DNA from: an uncultured delta proteobacterium
GTDB lineage: Bacteria > Myxococcota > Myxococcia > Myxococcales > Myxococcaceae
DNA: 64,000 nt
Reading direction: 5' to 3'
Assembly: GCA_963771175.1 (NCBI GenBank)
Contig: CAVYSY010000026.1
Coordinates: forward strand, 576,001-640,000
The translations under genes were made by a program, and so were the position numbers. Shown here piece by piece: positions 1-10,011 of this stretch. Within the stretch, counting starts at the first letter, position 1; the number at the start of each line of letters is the position of its first letter. Below the pieces are notes generated by a model. It saw only the letters and a program-made list of their open reading frames with translations. It was not told where the DNA came from and did no database searches.

Positions 1-440
1 GCCACGTCCACCCACTTGATGTTCCAACCCGTCTGGGTGGTGCCATCGGTGTTGCCGCACACGCCGCTGGAGTTGGGGACGGCGTTCTTCTTGTAGCGCG
101 CCGAGCCACCGTACAGGGACAGCGCGTAGCCAATCTGCAGGTTGCCCGCGCTGTGCGCCGCGATGTAGCACCAGTTGGCGCCGGTGCAGAAGCAGTCGAG
201 CGCATTACGGACGCGGTAGTTCTCGACGGAGATGCGCTGCGTGCCGTTCCAGTTGACGGACTTCTTGTTCACGCCGGCCGCGGTGGTGCTCGAACCCCAG
301 TAGCTGAAGCTGGCGTAGTTGCCAGCCAGGGTGGTGTTGTTGTTACGGCCGTGGATCCACAGCGAATAGTTGGTGGCCGAAGCCTCCGCGCCCACCAGGG
401 CGGTGGCGGCGATGATGGCCGCGCTGAACATCTTCTTCAT
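1..440 (-). CDS. Secreted protein, probable alpha/beta-hydrolase (lipase-like); runs off the window edge
   Basis: Manual translation MKKMFSAAIIAATALVGAEASATNYSLWIHGR...CYIAAHSAGNLQIGYAL gives a signal peptide, an HG motif and an AHSAG nucleophile-elbow-like motif. AGGAGG RBS upstream of the ATG at 440. Confidence 0.7.
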   Translation of the reverse strand, partial: MKKMFSAAIIAATALVGAEASATNYSLWIHGRNNNTTLAGNYASFSYWGSSTTAAGVNKKSVNWNGTQRISVENYRVRNALDCFCTGANWCYIAAHSAGNLQIGYALSLYGGSARYKKNAVPNSSGVCGNTDGTTQTGWNIKWVDV

Positions 441-568
441 TGAGAGCGCCTCCTGCTCGAACATCTTTGGGGAAACCCGCCCGGCTGGCTGCCTGGCGAG
501 CGGAGGTCACTGTACCGCCGCATTTCCATAGGGCCGCAAATCTTTCAAACCCCTTAAAAACCGCATTC

Positions 569-585
569 CTGACACATCGTGTCAG
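569..585. promoter_or_regulatory. Inverted repeat CTGACAC-atc-GTGTCAG, possible operator in a divergent intergenic region
   Basis: Perfect 7-3-7 dyad beside an AT-rich patch. Confidence 0.35.
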
Positions 586-757
586 CGCAGCCCAAGCCGA
601 CGCATCCCAGCAGGCGGCTGCGATGGGAGGGACGAGGTGACGCCCCGTCTCCCGGGTGGGGAGGAGACGAGCGCGGGGCATGGGACCCTGGGACACGGGG
701 GGCGGATGCATAGCTTGAGTCGCGACGATTCCATCCTCTTCAGAGGAGGCCCTGCCC

Positions 758-1240
758 ATGTCATCGCTCGATGTTCCCTTGACGCTGCTCGACCCGGAGG
801 GCGGATGGATCAACGCCCCCGTCCATGTCCACGACCTGCGCGGCCGGCCCACCCTGCTGTACTTCTGGTCCGAGCTCAGCAAGACCAACGAGCAGCAACT
901 GCCGACCATCAAGGCCCTGTTGGACGAGTTCGTCCCGAAGGGGCTCCAGGTCATCGGAGTCCATGTGCCCATGGATGGAGAGGACCTGGGCCACGCGCTG
1001 GACACCAACGACATCGAGAACATCGTGAAGAAGATGGGCTTCCGCCATCCGGTGGCGGTGGATGACGGCTCGATGGAGACGGCCTACGGCGTGGACGCGG
1101 TGCCGACCTTCCTGGTGTACGACGCCTTCGGGAACCTGCGCTTCCGCGAGGCGGGCGGGGAGTCGGTCAGCCCCGAGCTGCGGCGGATATTGGATCGCCT
1201 CACCGGACCCGAGGCCACCTCTGGCGCGTTCGCGCCCTGA
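758..1240 (+). CDS. TlpA/redoxin-like thioredoxin-fold protein lacking CxxC
   Basis: LRGRPTLLYFW...GLQVIGVH...HPVAVD...YGVDAVPTFLVYD pattern. SKTN occupies the CxxC position. GGAGG RBS. Confidence 0.75.
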   Translation: MSSLDVPLTLLDPEGGWINAPVHVHDLRGRPTLLYFWSELSKTNEQQLPTIKALLDEFVPKGLQVIGVHVPMDGEDLGHALDTNDIENIVKKMGFRHPVAVDDGSMETAYGVDAVPTFLVYDAFGNLRFREAGGESVSPELRRILDRLTGPEATSGAFAP

Positions 1241-1259
1241 ACCGCCAGCGAGGAGCGAT

Positions 1260-2294
1260 ATGGCAAGCCGAGAGAAGAAGGAGGCCTCCCGTCTGTCGCT
1301 GGGAGCCCTCGCCGCCGTCGGAATGGGGACGGTGCTGGGGCTCCGAGCGCTGCTGCGGGAGAAGGTGAGCTTCGAGGGCCGGACGGTGTTGTTGACCGGC
1401 GGCTCGCGGGGGTTGGGGTTGGTGCTGGCGCGCCAGTTCCTGAGCGAGGGGGCCCGGGTGATTCTCTGCGCCCGGGAGGAGGTGGAGCTGTCGCGGGCCC
1501 GCGACGAGCTGGAGTCCCTGGGCGAGGTGCTGGCACTGCCCTGCGACGTGAGCGATCGCGTGCAGGTGGAGGCACTGGTGGCCGAGGTGCACGAGCGCTT
1601 CGGGGTGGTGGACGTGCTGGTGAACAACGCGGGCGGCATGCAGGTGGGCCCGCTGGAGTCCATGACCGAGGAGGACTTCCAGGAGGCGATGGGCATCCAC
1701 TTCTGGGCGCCGCTCTACACGACGATGGCGGTACTGCCGGAGATGAAGCGGCGGGGCTGGGGCCGCATCGTGAACATCGCGTCGATTGGCGGGAAGGTGA
1801 GCATCCCGCACCTGCTGCCCTACTGTGCGAGCAAGTTCGCGCTGGTGGGCCTGTCGGACGGGCTGCGAGCGGAGCTGGCGCAGGACGGCATCCTGGTGAC
1901 GACGGTGTGCCCGAGCCTGATGCGCACGGGGAGCCCGCCCAACGCGTTCTTCAAGGGCAACCACGAGGCGGAGTATGCGTGGTTCGTGCTGGGGGACTCG
2001 CTGCCGGGGATGTCGATGAACGCGGAGCGCGCGGCCGGCAAAATCGTCGAGGCGTGCCGCCGGGGAGACGCGGAGGCGCTGATCGGCCTGCCGGCGAAGG
2101 TGGCGGTGCTGGCACGCACGCTGGCGCCGAACCTGACGGCGGCGGTGCTGGCGTACATGAACCAGATGCTGCCGCAGGACGCCAGCACGGACCGCCACCG
2201 CGGCAGGGACAGCGAGACGCCCCTCACCCGCTCCTGGGTGACGAGGCTGACGAGGCAGGCGGCCCAGAAGAACAACGAGGATCTGCTGCACTGA
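1260..2294 (+). CDS. SDR family oxidoreductase
   Basis: TGGSRGLG, NNAG and YCASK motifs. AGGAG RBS before the ATG at 1260. Confidence 0.92.
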   Translation: MASREKKEASRLSLGALAAVGMGTVLGLRALLREKVSFEGRTVLLTGGSRGLGLVLARQFLSEGARVILCAREEVELSRARDELESLGEVLALPCDVSDRVQVEALVAEVHERFGVVDVLVNNAGGMQVGPLESMTEEDFQEAMGIHFWAPLYTTMAVLPEMKRRGWGRIVNIASIGGKVSIPHLLPYCASKFALVGLSDGLRAELAQDGILVTTVCPSLMRTGSPPNAFFKGNHEAEYAWFVLGDSLPGMSMNAERAAGKIVEACRRGDAEALIGLPAKVAVLARTLAPNLTAAVLAYMNQMLPQDASTDRHRGRDSETPLTRSWVTRLTRQAAQKNNEDLLH

Positions 2295-2364
2295 GCCGTC
2301 CGCCCCCTCGTCGCCTGGCGCCACCCGAGGAGCATGTGACGCTCCTCGGGTGAGGCCCCGAGGC

Positions 2365-3475
2365 TCAGCCCTTCGAGGTCTCGCCCTCCACTTCCTCCCA
2401 CCAGCGGCCCTTGTACTCGGCGGCGCGGGCGATCTGCTCGCGGAGGGCTTCCATCATCTTCGTGTTCCCGTCCTGCGAATAGCCCTCGAGGGCCTCCTGG
2501 CACCTCGGCACGCGCTGGAGGAAGTCGCGCAGCCGCTCGAGGGTGAGCTCGGGGGCGTACATGCCGTAGCCCAGCTTCTCCAGGTAGAGCGCGTTGAGCA
2601 CCTGCTCGAACTGGCCTCCCACCGGGAGGGAGAGCATGGGCTTGTGCAGGTAGACGGCCTCGCTCATCAGCGTGTAGCCACCGCCGGCCACCACGGCGCG
2701 CGCGGTGCGCAGGTCGTCGATGAAGCCCTTCTCGCTGAAGGGGCGGTAGAGTGAGGTTGCCGTCGCGCACGTCCTCGGTGAGGTCGCGGCGCAGGCCGTA
2801 GATGTGGCACGGCAGGCCGCTCTGCTTGAGGATTTCGGGCAGGGCCGTGTTGGTGGTGGAGGTCTGGTAGACGAGCAGGTGCTCGCCGGGCTCGGACTTC
2901 GCCTCCAGGATTTCGGGCCGGAGGATGGAGGGCAGGAGCGTGGTGCGCTCCTTGCGGACGGGCGGGTAGAAGAAGGTGGTGACGAGGTAGTGGAAGGCCC
3001 CAGGCAGCTTGGACTTCACGATGGCGCGGGTGGCCTCGAAGTCGTCCTCCCAACCGGCGAGCAGCGCGGGGTCATGCTTGCACCGGTTGATGATCTGCAT
3101 GTTGTCCACGCTGATGACGGGCAGCCGGTGGTTGCGAGCGAAGAGGTAGCTGAAGCTCTCGAAGTCGCTCACCACGACGTCGGGTTTGAACTCCTCCACC
3201 AGCTCGAAGTACTGGCGGACGTTCTGAGGCCAGCCCTTCACGGCCCCGGAGAGGTTCTGCAGCACCGTCTGCCACTTCTTCACCGAGTTGCCTTCGTAGG
3301 CGATGGTGAAGCCCCAGATGCCGTGCACGTTCTCGAAGCGCCTGGCCAGGTAGTCCTTGGCGCGCCCCGAGACGACGATGTGGATTTCGTGCTCCTTGCG
3401 GAGCTCCTCGAGCAGCACGCGGGAGCGGGTGGCGTGCCCCATGCCTTCGCCGACGACACCGTAGAGGATTCGCAT
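2365..3475 (-). CDS. GT-B glycosyltransferase (MJ1255/VC2487-like); one frameshift near 2750
   Basis: MRILYGVVGEGMGHATRS N-terminus. C-terminal GGGYTLMSEAVYLHKP...QFEQ lies in another frame. Confidence 0.85.
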
Positions 3476-3534
3476 GGGGCGGCAGCATAACGCGGGATGT
3501 GGCGTGAGCGCCCCCGCGGCGGTAGCGTCGCCCC

Positions 3535-3835
3535 ATGCAAGACGGGACGACGCGCGCCAAGACACAGGGAAGCCTGGCGGGAGTGGGCCGGGCGGCGATT
3601 CTGGGGCTGTGCGGCGGAATGCTGCTGGGCGGACTCTTCCTGCTGGTGCAGGGGGTGCGGACGCGGCTCACCCCCGCGGACTGCCAGGGCCTGTCCGAGA
3701 ATGGAGTGCGCCTTCATGCAGGAGACCGCCAGGGAGGTGGGCCGCATGCAGACCGTGGCGGGGGCCGCCCTGCTGGCACTCGGGGCCTCCGTGGCGGTGC
3801 TGGTGCGCTCGCGCGGGCGCTCGGCCTCCTCGTAG
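3535..3835 (+). CDS. Small two-TM membrane protein; one frameshift near 3705
   Basis: Two hydrophobic helices flank a Cys-containing loop when ORFs 3535 and 3497 are joined. Confidence 0.6.
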
Positions 3836-3988
3836 GACCCACCCGCCCAGAGGGTTCTCCGCTCCGACCGCACTCTCCGTCAAGCAGCCGGACGGACGAG
3901 CCGTGTAAGGGGTTTTGCCGTCGCAACGTAGTGCGGCTAATTACCTCTGGCCTCTATATAAGGCTTCGGTTAGGAGAGGCGCCCTCTT

Positions 3989-4888
3989 ATGCAGCTTGAA
4001 TCCTTGAAGATGTTTTGCGACGTGGTGGAAACCGGCTCCTTCTCGAGGGCCGCGCAGCTCAACCACGTGACGCAGTCCGCGGTGAGCCAGCAGATCCGCG
4101 CCCTGGAGAACCGGTACGAGCAGAAGCTCCTGTCGCGCAGCGCGCGCCAGGTGACGCCGACCCCGGCCGGTGAGCGCCTGTTCCGTGGGTGCAAGGAGAT
4201 CCTCGCCCGCTTCTCCGAGGTGGAGCAGGAGATCCGCGAGCAGTCGAGCGAGGTGCAGGGCACCACGACGGTCTCCACCATCTACTCGGTGGGCCTGCAC
4301 GAGCTGCGCAACGTGCAGAAGCAGCTCCTGAAGACGCACCCCAAGGTGAACATGCGCCTGAACTACCGGCGCAACGATCAGGTGTACGACGACGTCATCC
4401 TCGGGGCGGCGGAGATTGGCATCGTGGCCTACCCGCAGCCGCGAGCGGGCGTGGACATCCACCCGTTCCGCGACGACCGGCTGGCGGTGGTGTGCGCGCC
4501 CAACCACTCCTTCGCCACCAAGGCGAAGGTGAGCCTCACCGCGCTCTCGGGAGTGCCCTTCATCGCCTTCGACCGCGAGGCCCCCACGCGCAAGGCGCTG
4601 GACCGGCTCTTCCGCGAGAAGAACCTGGACCTCAACCCGGTGATGGAGATCGACAACGTCGAGACCATCAAGCGCGCGGTGGAGATGGGCATCGGCGTGG
4701 CCATCCTCCCCTCGTCCACGGTGGCGGCCGAGGTGGCGCAGGGCTCGCTGGCGGCCAAGCCCTTCGCCGAGGGCCCGGTGTCCCGGCCCATCGGCCTGCT
4801 CATCCGCAAGGGCAAGTACCTGGACCGCGCCTCGGCCGCGGTGCTCGACGCCTTCAAGCAAGCCGAGGCCACGATCGACGAGCACTAG
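3989..4888 (+). CDS. LysR-family transcriptional regulator
   Basis: GSFSRAAQLNHVTQSAVSQQIRALE HTH plus substrate-binding domain. Confidence 0.95.
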   Translation: MQLESLKMFCDVVETGSFSRAAQLNHVTQSAVSQQIRALENRYEQKLLSRSARQVTPTPAGERLFRGCKEILARFSEVEQEIREQSSEVQGTTTVSTIYSVGLHELRNVQKQLLKTHPKVNMRLNYRRNDQVYDDVILGAAEIGIVAYPQPRAGVDIHPFRDDRLAVVCAPNHSFATKAKVSLTALSGVPFIAFDREAPTRKALDRLFREKNLDLNPVMEIDNVETIKRAVEMGIGVAILPSSTVAAEVAQGSLAAKPFAEGPVSRPIGLLIRKGKYLDRASAAVLDAFKQAEATIDEH

Positions 4889-4889
4889 C

Positions 4890-5648
4890 TCAGGCGGCCG
4901 TCTCGACATCGCTGGCGGGCACCAACGACTCCAGCCACGGCGCCAGCAGTCGCGCGCACTCCTCGGGGTGGGTGAAGTAGGGGACGTGGCCCGCGCCGCG
5001 CAGCAGGTGCTGGGGCGTACCCGGAGGCAGCGACGCCGCCAGTCGCGCCATCGTGGAGGAAGGCACCAGCACGTCGCGGTCCCCCTGGAGGCACACGCAC
5101 GAGACGGGCAGCTTGCGCAGTTCCGGCGGAGGCAGCTCGCGGCGGATGGCGAAGGCGCGGTGGAGCGTGGTCATCCGCTCCAGGGACGTGGTGGGCACCA
5201 CCTCGGGCACGCGCTCGGCCGGAATCCGCTTCCACGAGGCCAGGGCCGCCGTCAGCGGACCGGGGCGCCCGAGGACGGCGATGGGCCCCATCAAGGCGAT
5301 GAGCTGGCCCCGCAGCCCCAGGTGCTCGGGATGGGTGAAGGAGCCAAGGAAGGCCACCCCTCGCGCCGCTCCCGCGGCGGCCAGGTGCGCGGCCACCATG
5401 CCTCCGTAGGAGCTGGCCACCACCGCATCCATGGGACCCGCCGCCGCCAGCACCTGGCGGGCGAGCTCCCCCGCACCACAGGCCGCGAGGGGCCCCTCGG
5501 GATACTCGACGAGCACGGGCCGAGCCACTGAGGAGAGTTGCTCGGCGAGCGCCCGGAAGCCCGCTCCCCTCGCCCCCAACCCGGGGAGCAGAAGCACCCG
5601 GGGCCCCGTGCCTCGACCCGTCTCCATCAGCTCGACCACTCGACGCAT
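4890..5648 (-). CDS. Alpha/beta-fold hydrolase
   Basis: LLLPGLG, ASSYGG nucleophile, GDRD and GAGH motifs. Start codon uncertain. Confidence 0.85.
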   Translation of the reverse strand: MRRVVELMETGRGTGPRVLLLPGLGARGAGFRALAEQLSSVARPVLVEYPEGPLAACGAGELARQVLAAAGPMDAVVASSYGGMVAAHLAAAGAARGVAFLGSFTHPEHLGLRGQLIALMGPIAVLGRPGPLTAALASWKRIPAERVPEVVPTTSLERMTTLHRAFAIRRELPPPELRKLPVSCVCLQGDRDVLVPSSTMARLAASLPPGTPQHLLRGAGHVPYFTHPEECARLLAPWLESLVPASDVETAA

Positions 5649-5932
5649 GCGGACTCCTCGCGAACGCGGTCGGAACACCACCCGTGCACGGATTCTGCCC
5701 GCACCTGAAGCCTCCCTGCTGTCCTGGCGGAGGTTCAATCATCGGGTCAACACGCGATGTGGAGGAGTCTGGGACTTCGTCCCACTCGCATCACGGCGGA
5801 CGCACTCTTGATGGAAGGCGTAAATGAGGGTGTATCGCCCAGCGCTGGAGCCGTCTCATAGTGAAAAGATGGCGGCACCGGGGGGCTGCCCCCGACACTC
5901 GCCAAGATCCGAGGGGTCTACACTTCGGGGTC

Positions 5933-6769
5933 ATGAGCGCACCGAGCGTAGGTGACGTCATCGGAGGGAAGTGGCGCATCGTCTGTCCGGCCTTCGGCGA
6001 CGAGCCCGGCTCGGAGTTCCGGGTCGAGCCCACTGGGGGAGGAACACCCCGGCGGCTCACGCTGTGGCGCGCACTCCGGGAACCGGCCTCCGCCGAGGTG
6101 GAGCGTTTCGGACACGTCGTGCGCACGGGCGAGCGGACGGGGAACCCCGCGTTCCTCCCCGTGGAGGACGTCGGCTACGACGCGGCCCGTGAGGCGCTCT
6201 GGATGGTGCGCGAGTGGCGGAACGGAGAGTCGCTGCCCTCGGCGCTGGGAGGGCTGCACCCCATCGGACTCGACCTCCCCATCCTCCGCTCCCTCACGGA
6301 GCAACTGGCGGAGGCGCTCGCCGCGGCCCACGGGGCGGGCGTCGTCCATGGGCGGCTGCGGCCCTCGCGGCTGCTCGTCACGCAGACGTCCCGGGGCGTG
6401 CGGCTGTCCGTGCTCGACCTGGGGCTGGAGTCCTTCCGCCGAGAGGACGGACAGGAGCGGCTGAGGCCTCCCCAGGTGGGCGCGGCCTACGCGGCTCCCG
6501 AGCTGGAGCACTCGGGCCCCGTGCACCCCTCCGCCGATGTCTTCTCCTTCGGACTCATCGTGCGGGACATGCTGGCCACCCGGAGGGATGGAGCGTGGAA
6601 GGGGCGCTGGGAACACTGGGTGCAGCGCACCACCGCCTCGAAGCCCGGCGAGCGCTTCGGCACCATCACCGACGCGGTACGGGCACTGGTGCCGGTGCTG
6701 AAATCGCTGCCGGACCCCCTCGTGCCCCCACCGTCGAACTACGAACCCAGCCCCTCCGTTCGCGACTAG
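5933..6769 (+). CDS. Degenerate Hanks-type Ser/Thr kinase (pseudokinase)
   Basis: HGRLRPSRLL in place of HRDLKPxN and DLG in place of DFG. YAAPE and ADVFSFG retained. No GxGxxG loop or VAIK lysine. Confidence 0.75.
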   Translation: MSAPSVGDVIGGKWRIVCPAFGDEPGSEFRVEPTGGGTPRRLTLWRALREPASAEVERFGHVVRTGERTGNPAFLPVEDVGYDAAREALWMVREWRNGESLPSALGGLHPIGLDLPILRSLTEQLAEALAAAHGAGVVHGRLRPSRLLVTQTSRGVRLSVLDLGLESFRREDGQERLRPPQVGAAYAAPELEHSGPVHPSADVFSFGLIVRDMLATRRDGAWKGRWEHWVQRTTASKPGERFGTITDAVRALVPVLKSLPDPLVPPPSNYEPSPSVRD

Positions 6770-6772
6770 CGC

Positions 6773-8092
6773 TCAGTACAGCTTGCGCAGGCGCGCGGCG
6801 AAGAAGCCGTCCCAGGCCTCGGGGCCCGGCAGCGTGCGCAGGTACGCCTGCTGGAGCGGGAGCTTCACCGCCTCGTGCAGCACCGGCGGCTCCGCCGTCC
6901 ACTCCGGGTGGCTGCGCAGGAACATCTCCACCTGATCCTGCCCCTCCTGCGGCTCCGTCGTGCACACCGCGTAGACCAGCAGCCCTCCGGGGGGCACCGA
7001 CTCCTGGCAGTTCTCCAGGATGCGCCGCTGCAGCACCGCCAGCCTCCCGATGTCCTCCGGCTTGCGCCGGTAGCGCAGCTCCGGGTGCCGGCGCAGCGTC
7101 CCCAGCCCCGAGCACGGCGCGTCCACCAGGAACGCGTGGAACCCGCCCCACTCCTCCGGGTAGGGCTGCGAGGCATCGTGCGCCCTGGCCGTCAGCCGCT
7201 CGGAGAGGCCCAGCCGCTTCGCCTCGGACTCGATCTTCCGCAGCTTGTTCGCGTGGAGGTCCGTGGCCACCACCTCGTGCTTCTCGGCCAGGTGGCACGC
7301 CTTGCCACCCGGCGCCGCGCACGCATCCAGCACCCGCGCCGTCTCCGGGATGTCGCCGTACACGCCCACCAGTTGCGCCGCCTCGTCCTGCACCTGCCAC
7401 AGGCCCTCGGCGTAGCCGTACACGTCCTCCAGCCGCCCCACCGGGGGCAGCACGATGCCCACCGGGGACACCGCCGTGGGCCGCACCTCCAGCCCCGTCT
7501 CGCGCAACTGCTCCAGCAGCGCGTCGCGTGTCCCCTTGGCGCTGTTCGCGCGAATCACCACCGGGGGCGTCTGGTTGTTGCCCACCAGCATCGCCTCGGC
7601 GCGCTCGCGGCCGAACTGGCGCACCCAGCGCTCCACCAACCACGTCGGGTGGCTCTCGCGCACCGACAGGTGCTCGATGAGGTCTCCCTCCGGTGGCAGC
7701 GGCTGCGAGGGCAGCGAGGACAGCTTGCGCAGGATGGCGTTGACGAAGCCCGCCGCCCGCGCGAGCCCCACGTCCTTGAGCGCCTGCACCGTCTCGGCCA
7801 CCGCCGCGCGCGCTGGCACCCGCGTGTAGAAGATCTGGTAGACCCCGATGCGCAGCGCGGCCAGGACCTTGTCCTCCAGCGCATCCAGCTTGCGGTCGGC
7901 GAAGCGGGTGATGGCGTAGTCCAGCGCGAGCTGCCGGCGGGTGGCCCCGTAGGACAGCTCGGTGGCGAGCCCCGTGTCCCGAGGATCCGCCGGAGGTGAC
8001 TCGGAGAGCACCGTATCGAGAACGACGTTGAGGTACGCCTCCGTGGCCCGAACTCGACTCAGGACCTGGATGGCGGTGATGCGCGCGTTCAT
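6773..8092 (-). CDS. rsmB: 16S rRNA m5C967 methyltransferase RsmB
   Basis: NusB-like N-terminus, QDEAAQ, DACAAPGGK and DAPCSGLG motifs. Two genes downstream of fmt on the same strand. Confidence 0.95.
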   Translation of the reverse strand: MNARITAIQVLSRVRATEAYLNVVLDTVLSESPPADPRDTGLATELSYGATRRQLALDYAITRFADRKLDALEDKVLAALRIGVYQIFYTRVPARAAVAETVQALKDVGLARAAGFVNAILRKLSSLPSQPLPPEGDLIEHLSVRESHPTWLVERWVRQFGRERAEAMLVGNNQTPPVVIRANSAKGTRDALLEQLRETGLEVRPTAVSPVGIVLPPVGRLEDVYGYAEGLWQVQDEAAQLVGVYGDIPETARVLDACAAPGGKACHLAEKHEVVATDLHANKLRKIESEAKRLGLSERLTARAHDASQPYPEEWGGFHAFLVDAPCSGLGTLRRHPELRYRRKPEDIGRLAVLQRRILENCQESVPPGGLLVYAVCTTEPQEGQDQVEMFLRSHPEWTAEPPVLHEAVKLPLQQAYLRTLPGPEAWDGFFAARLRKLY

Positions 8093-8102
8093 CCTTCCCC
8101 TC

Positions 8103-9029
8103 TCACCTTTCCAACCGGGTCATCATGTCCAACAGTTGCGTGTCCGACAGCTTGCTCGCGGCCATGGTGGAGAGGGTGAGCTGCTGCAGGCAGTCCTCCA
8201 GCACGTCCCGGTAGCCGCTCTCCGCCGGGGCCCCGCTCTGCACCTCGGTCCACTTCGAGCGAGCCCAGGTGGCCAGCTCCGCGGCCGACAGCCGGCCCGC
8301 GAGCCTGTCGGCGACCTTCTGCCTCACCAGCGCCCGGGTGAGCAAGTCCGATGCGGGCATGCCCTGCGCGCCCTTCACCTTGCGGCCCAGCGTCTTCGAG
8401 GACGAGGCGGGCTCGGCCGGCGCCTCGACCTTGCGGCCCAGCGTCTTGTTCGTCCCGCCCGGCGAACGCACCAGGGCCAGCGTCGGCGACACGGCCAGGG
8501 ACTTCTCCTGGGGAATCTCCTGCTTCCGGCGGCCGAGCGTCTTCACCCGCCCCCGTCCCTCCTCGTCCTCCCCCTCCTCGTCCCCGGCGGCCTCGTCCTC
8601 TTCCGTCAGCTCCCCGGTGAGGTCACCACTCGCGAAGCGCTCGAGCGCCTCGATGTATGAGTGGAAGCCCTGGCCCTCGATGGTGGCGGCGCAGGCCTCG
8701 GCCACCACGGACTCCCGCTCGCCGAGCCACTCCAGGTACACCTCGAGGGCGGGCACGCCCACCGCCTCCAGCGCCTCCATCAGCGGGTACGAGCCAAAGA
8801 GCCCCGCGGGACTCACCACCACGCCATCCAGCCGGGAGCGCTCGGCGTGGAGGGTGTCGATGAGGACGCCCTCGTGGTTGGACTGCACCACCTTCAGCTC
8901 CAGCCCCAGCTCCGTGGCCCGGGCATTCAGGGCGGCATCGAGGTCCGCCAACCGCCCACCCTGCCGGCCCTCCCGCTCGCCGAGCAGGTTCAGGTTGGGC
9001 CCGTGCAGCACCAACAGCCTCTTGCCCAT
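8103..9029 (-). CDS. Type II dehydroquinase-like domain (degenerate active site) fused to a linker and a helical C-terminal domain
   Basis: HGPNLNLLGERE and QSNHEG retained. Catalytic Tyr, Asn and His positions are substituted. Confidence 0.8.
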   Translation of the reverse strand: MGKRLLVLHGPNLNLLGEREGRQGGRLADLDAALNARATELGLELKVVQSNHEGVLIDTLHAERSRLDGVVVSPAGLFGSYPLMEALEAVGVPALEVYLEWLGERESVVAEACAATIEGQGFHSYIEALERFASGDLTGELTEEDEAAGDEEGEDEEGRGRVKTLGRRKQEIPQEKSLAVSPTLALVRSPGGTNKTLGRKVEAPAEPASSSKTLGRKVKGAQGMPASDLLTRALVRQKVADRLAGRLSAAELATWARSKWTEVQSGAPAESGYRDVLEDCLQQLTLSTMAASKLSDTQLLDMMTRLER

Positions 9030-9044
9030 GTCGCGTGTCCTCTC

Positions 9045-9981
9045 CTACGTGTCGAAGGGCCGGCTTCCCGGCGCCAGCTTGCGGCCCGCGAGGAACTCGC
9101 CCGCCGTCATCACCCGCTTGCCCTCGGGCTGCACCTCCACCAGCACCAGCGAGCCCTCCCGGCACGCCACCTCCAGCCCCTGCGGCCCCGCGGACACCAC
9201 CGTGCCCGGCTCGCCGCGCCCCTCCCCCACCCTCGCCCGGTGCACCTTCAGCAGCTTGCCCTCCAGCGTGGTGAAGGCCCCCGGCCACGGCGTGAAGGCG
9301 CGCAGCCGCCGCTCCAGCTCCACCGCCGGCCGCGTGAAGTCCAGCTTCCCGTCCTCCTTCTGGATGATGGGGGCGAGCACCATGCCCTCCGAGGGCTGCG
9401 GCACCGCCTTCAGCTCGCCGCGCAGGTACGCGGGGCAGGCACTCACGCAGCAGCTCCCCGCCCAGCTTGGAGAGCTTGTCGTGCAGGGTGGCACTCGTCT
9501 CGTCCGGGGCGATGGGCAGGCGCTTCTCGGCCAGCACCGGGCCGGTGTCGAGCCCCTCGTCCATCACCATCAGCGCCACGCCCGTCTCCTTGTCCCCATG
9601 GGCGATGGCCCACTGGATGGGGGCGGCGCCCCGGAAGCGCGGCAGCAGCGAGGCGTGCACGTTGAGGCACCCCTTGGCCGGCGTCTCCAGCAGGTCCTTG
9701 GGAAGAATCTTGCCGTAGGCCGTCACCACGGCGACGTCCGGGTTCAGCTTGCGCAGCTCCTCGGAGAAGGGGGGCGTGCGCAGCTTCTGGGGCTGGAGCA
9801 CGGGCACGCCGCGCTCGAGCGCGTAGGCCTTCACCGGGGAGATGGCGAGCGCCTGGCCTCGGCCCTTGGGCTTGTCCGGCTGGGTGACGACGGCCACCAC
9901 GTCTCCGATGTCGAAGAGGGCGGCCAGGGAGGGCACGGCGAACTCGGGCGTGCCCATGAAGACGATGCGGGGGCGGGTCAT
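9045..9981 (-). CDS. fmt: Methionyl-tRNA formyltransferase; frameshift near 9435
   Basis: RIVFMGTPEFA, VVTQPDKP, NVHASLLPRFRGAAPI; C-terminal VQPEGKR. Confidence 0.95.
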
Positions 9982-10011
9982 GGTTTCTGTCTTCTCCAGC
10001 ACCAGGGCCGA

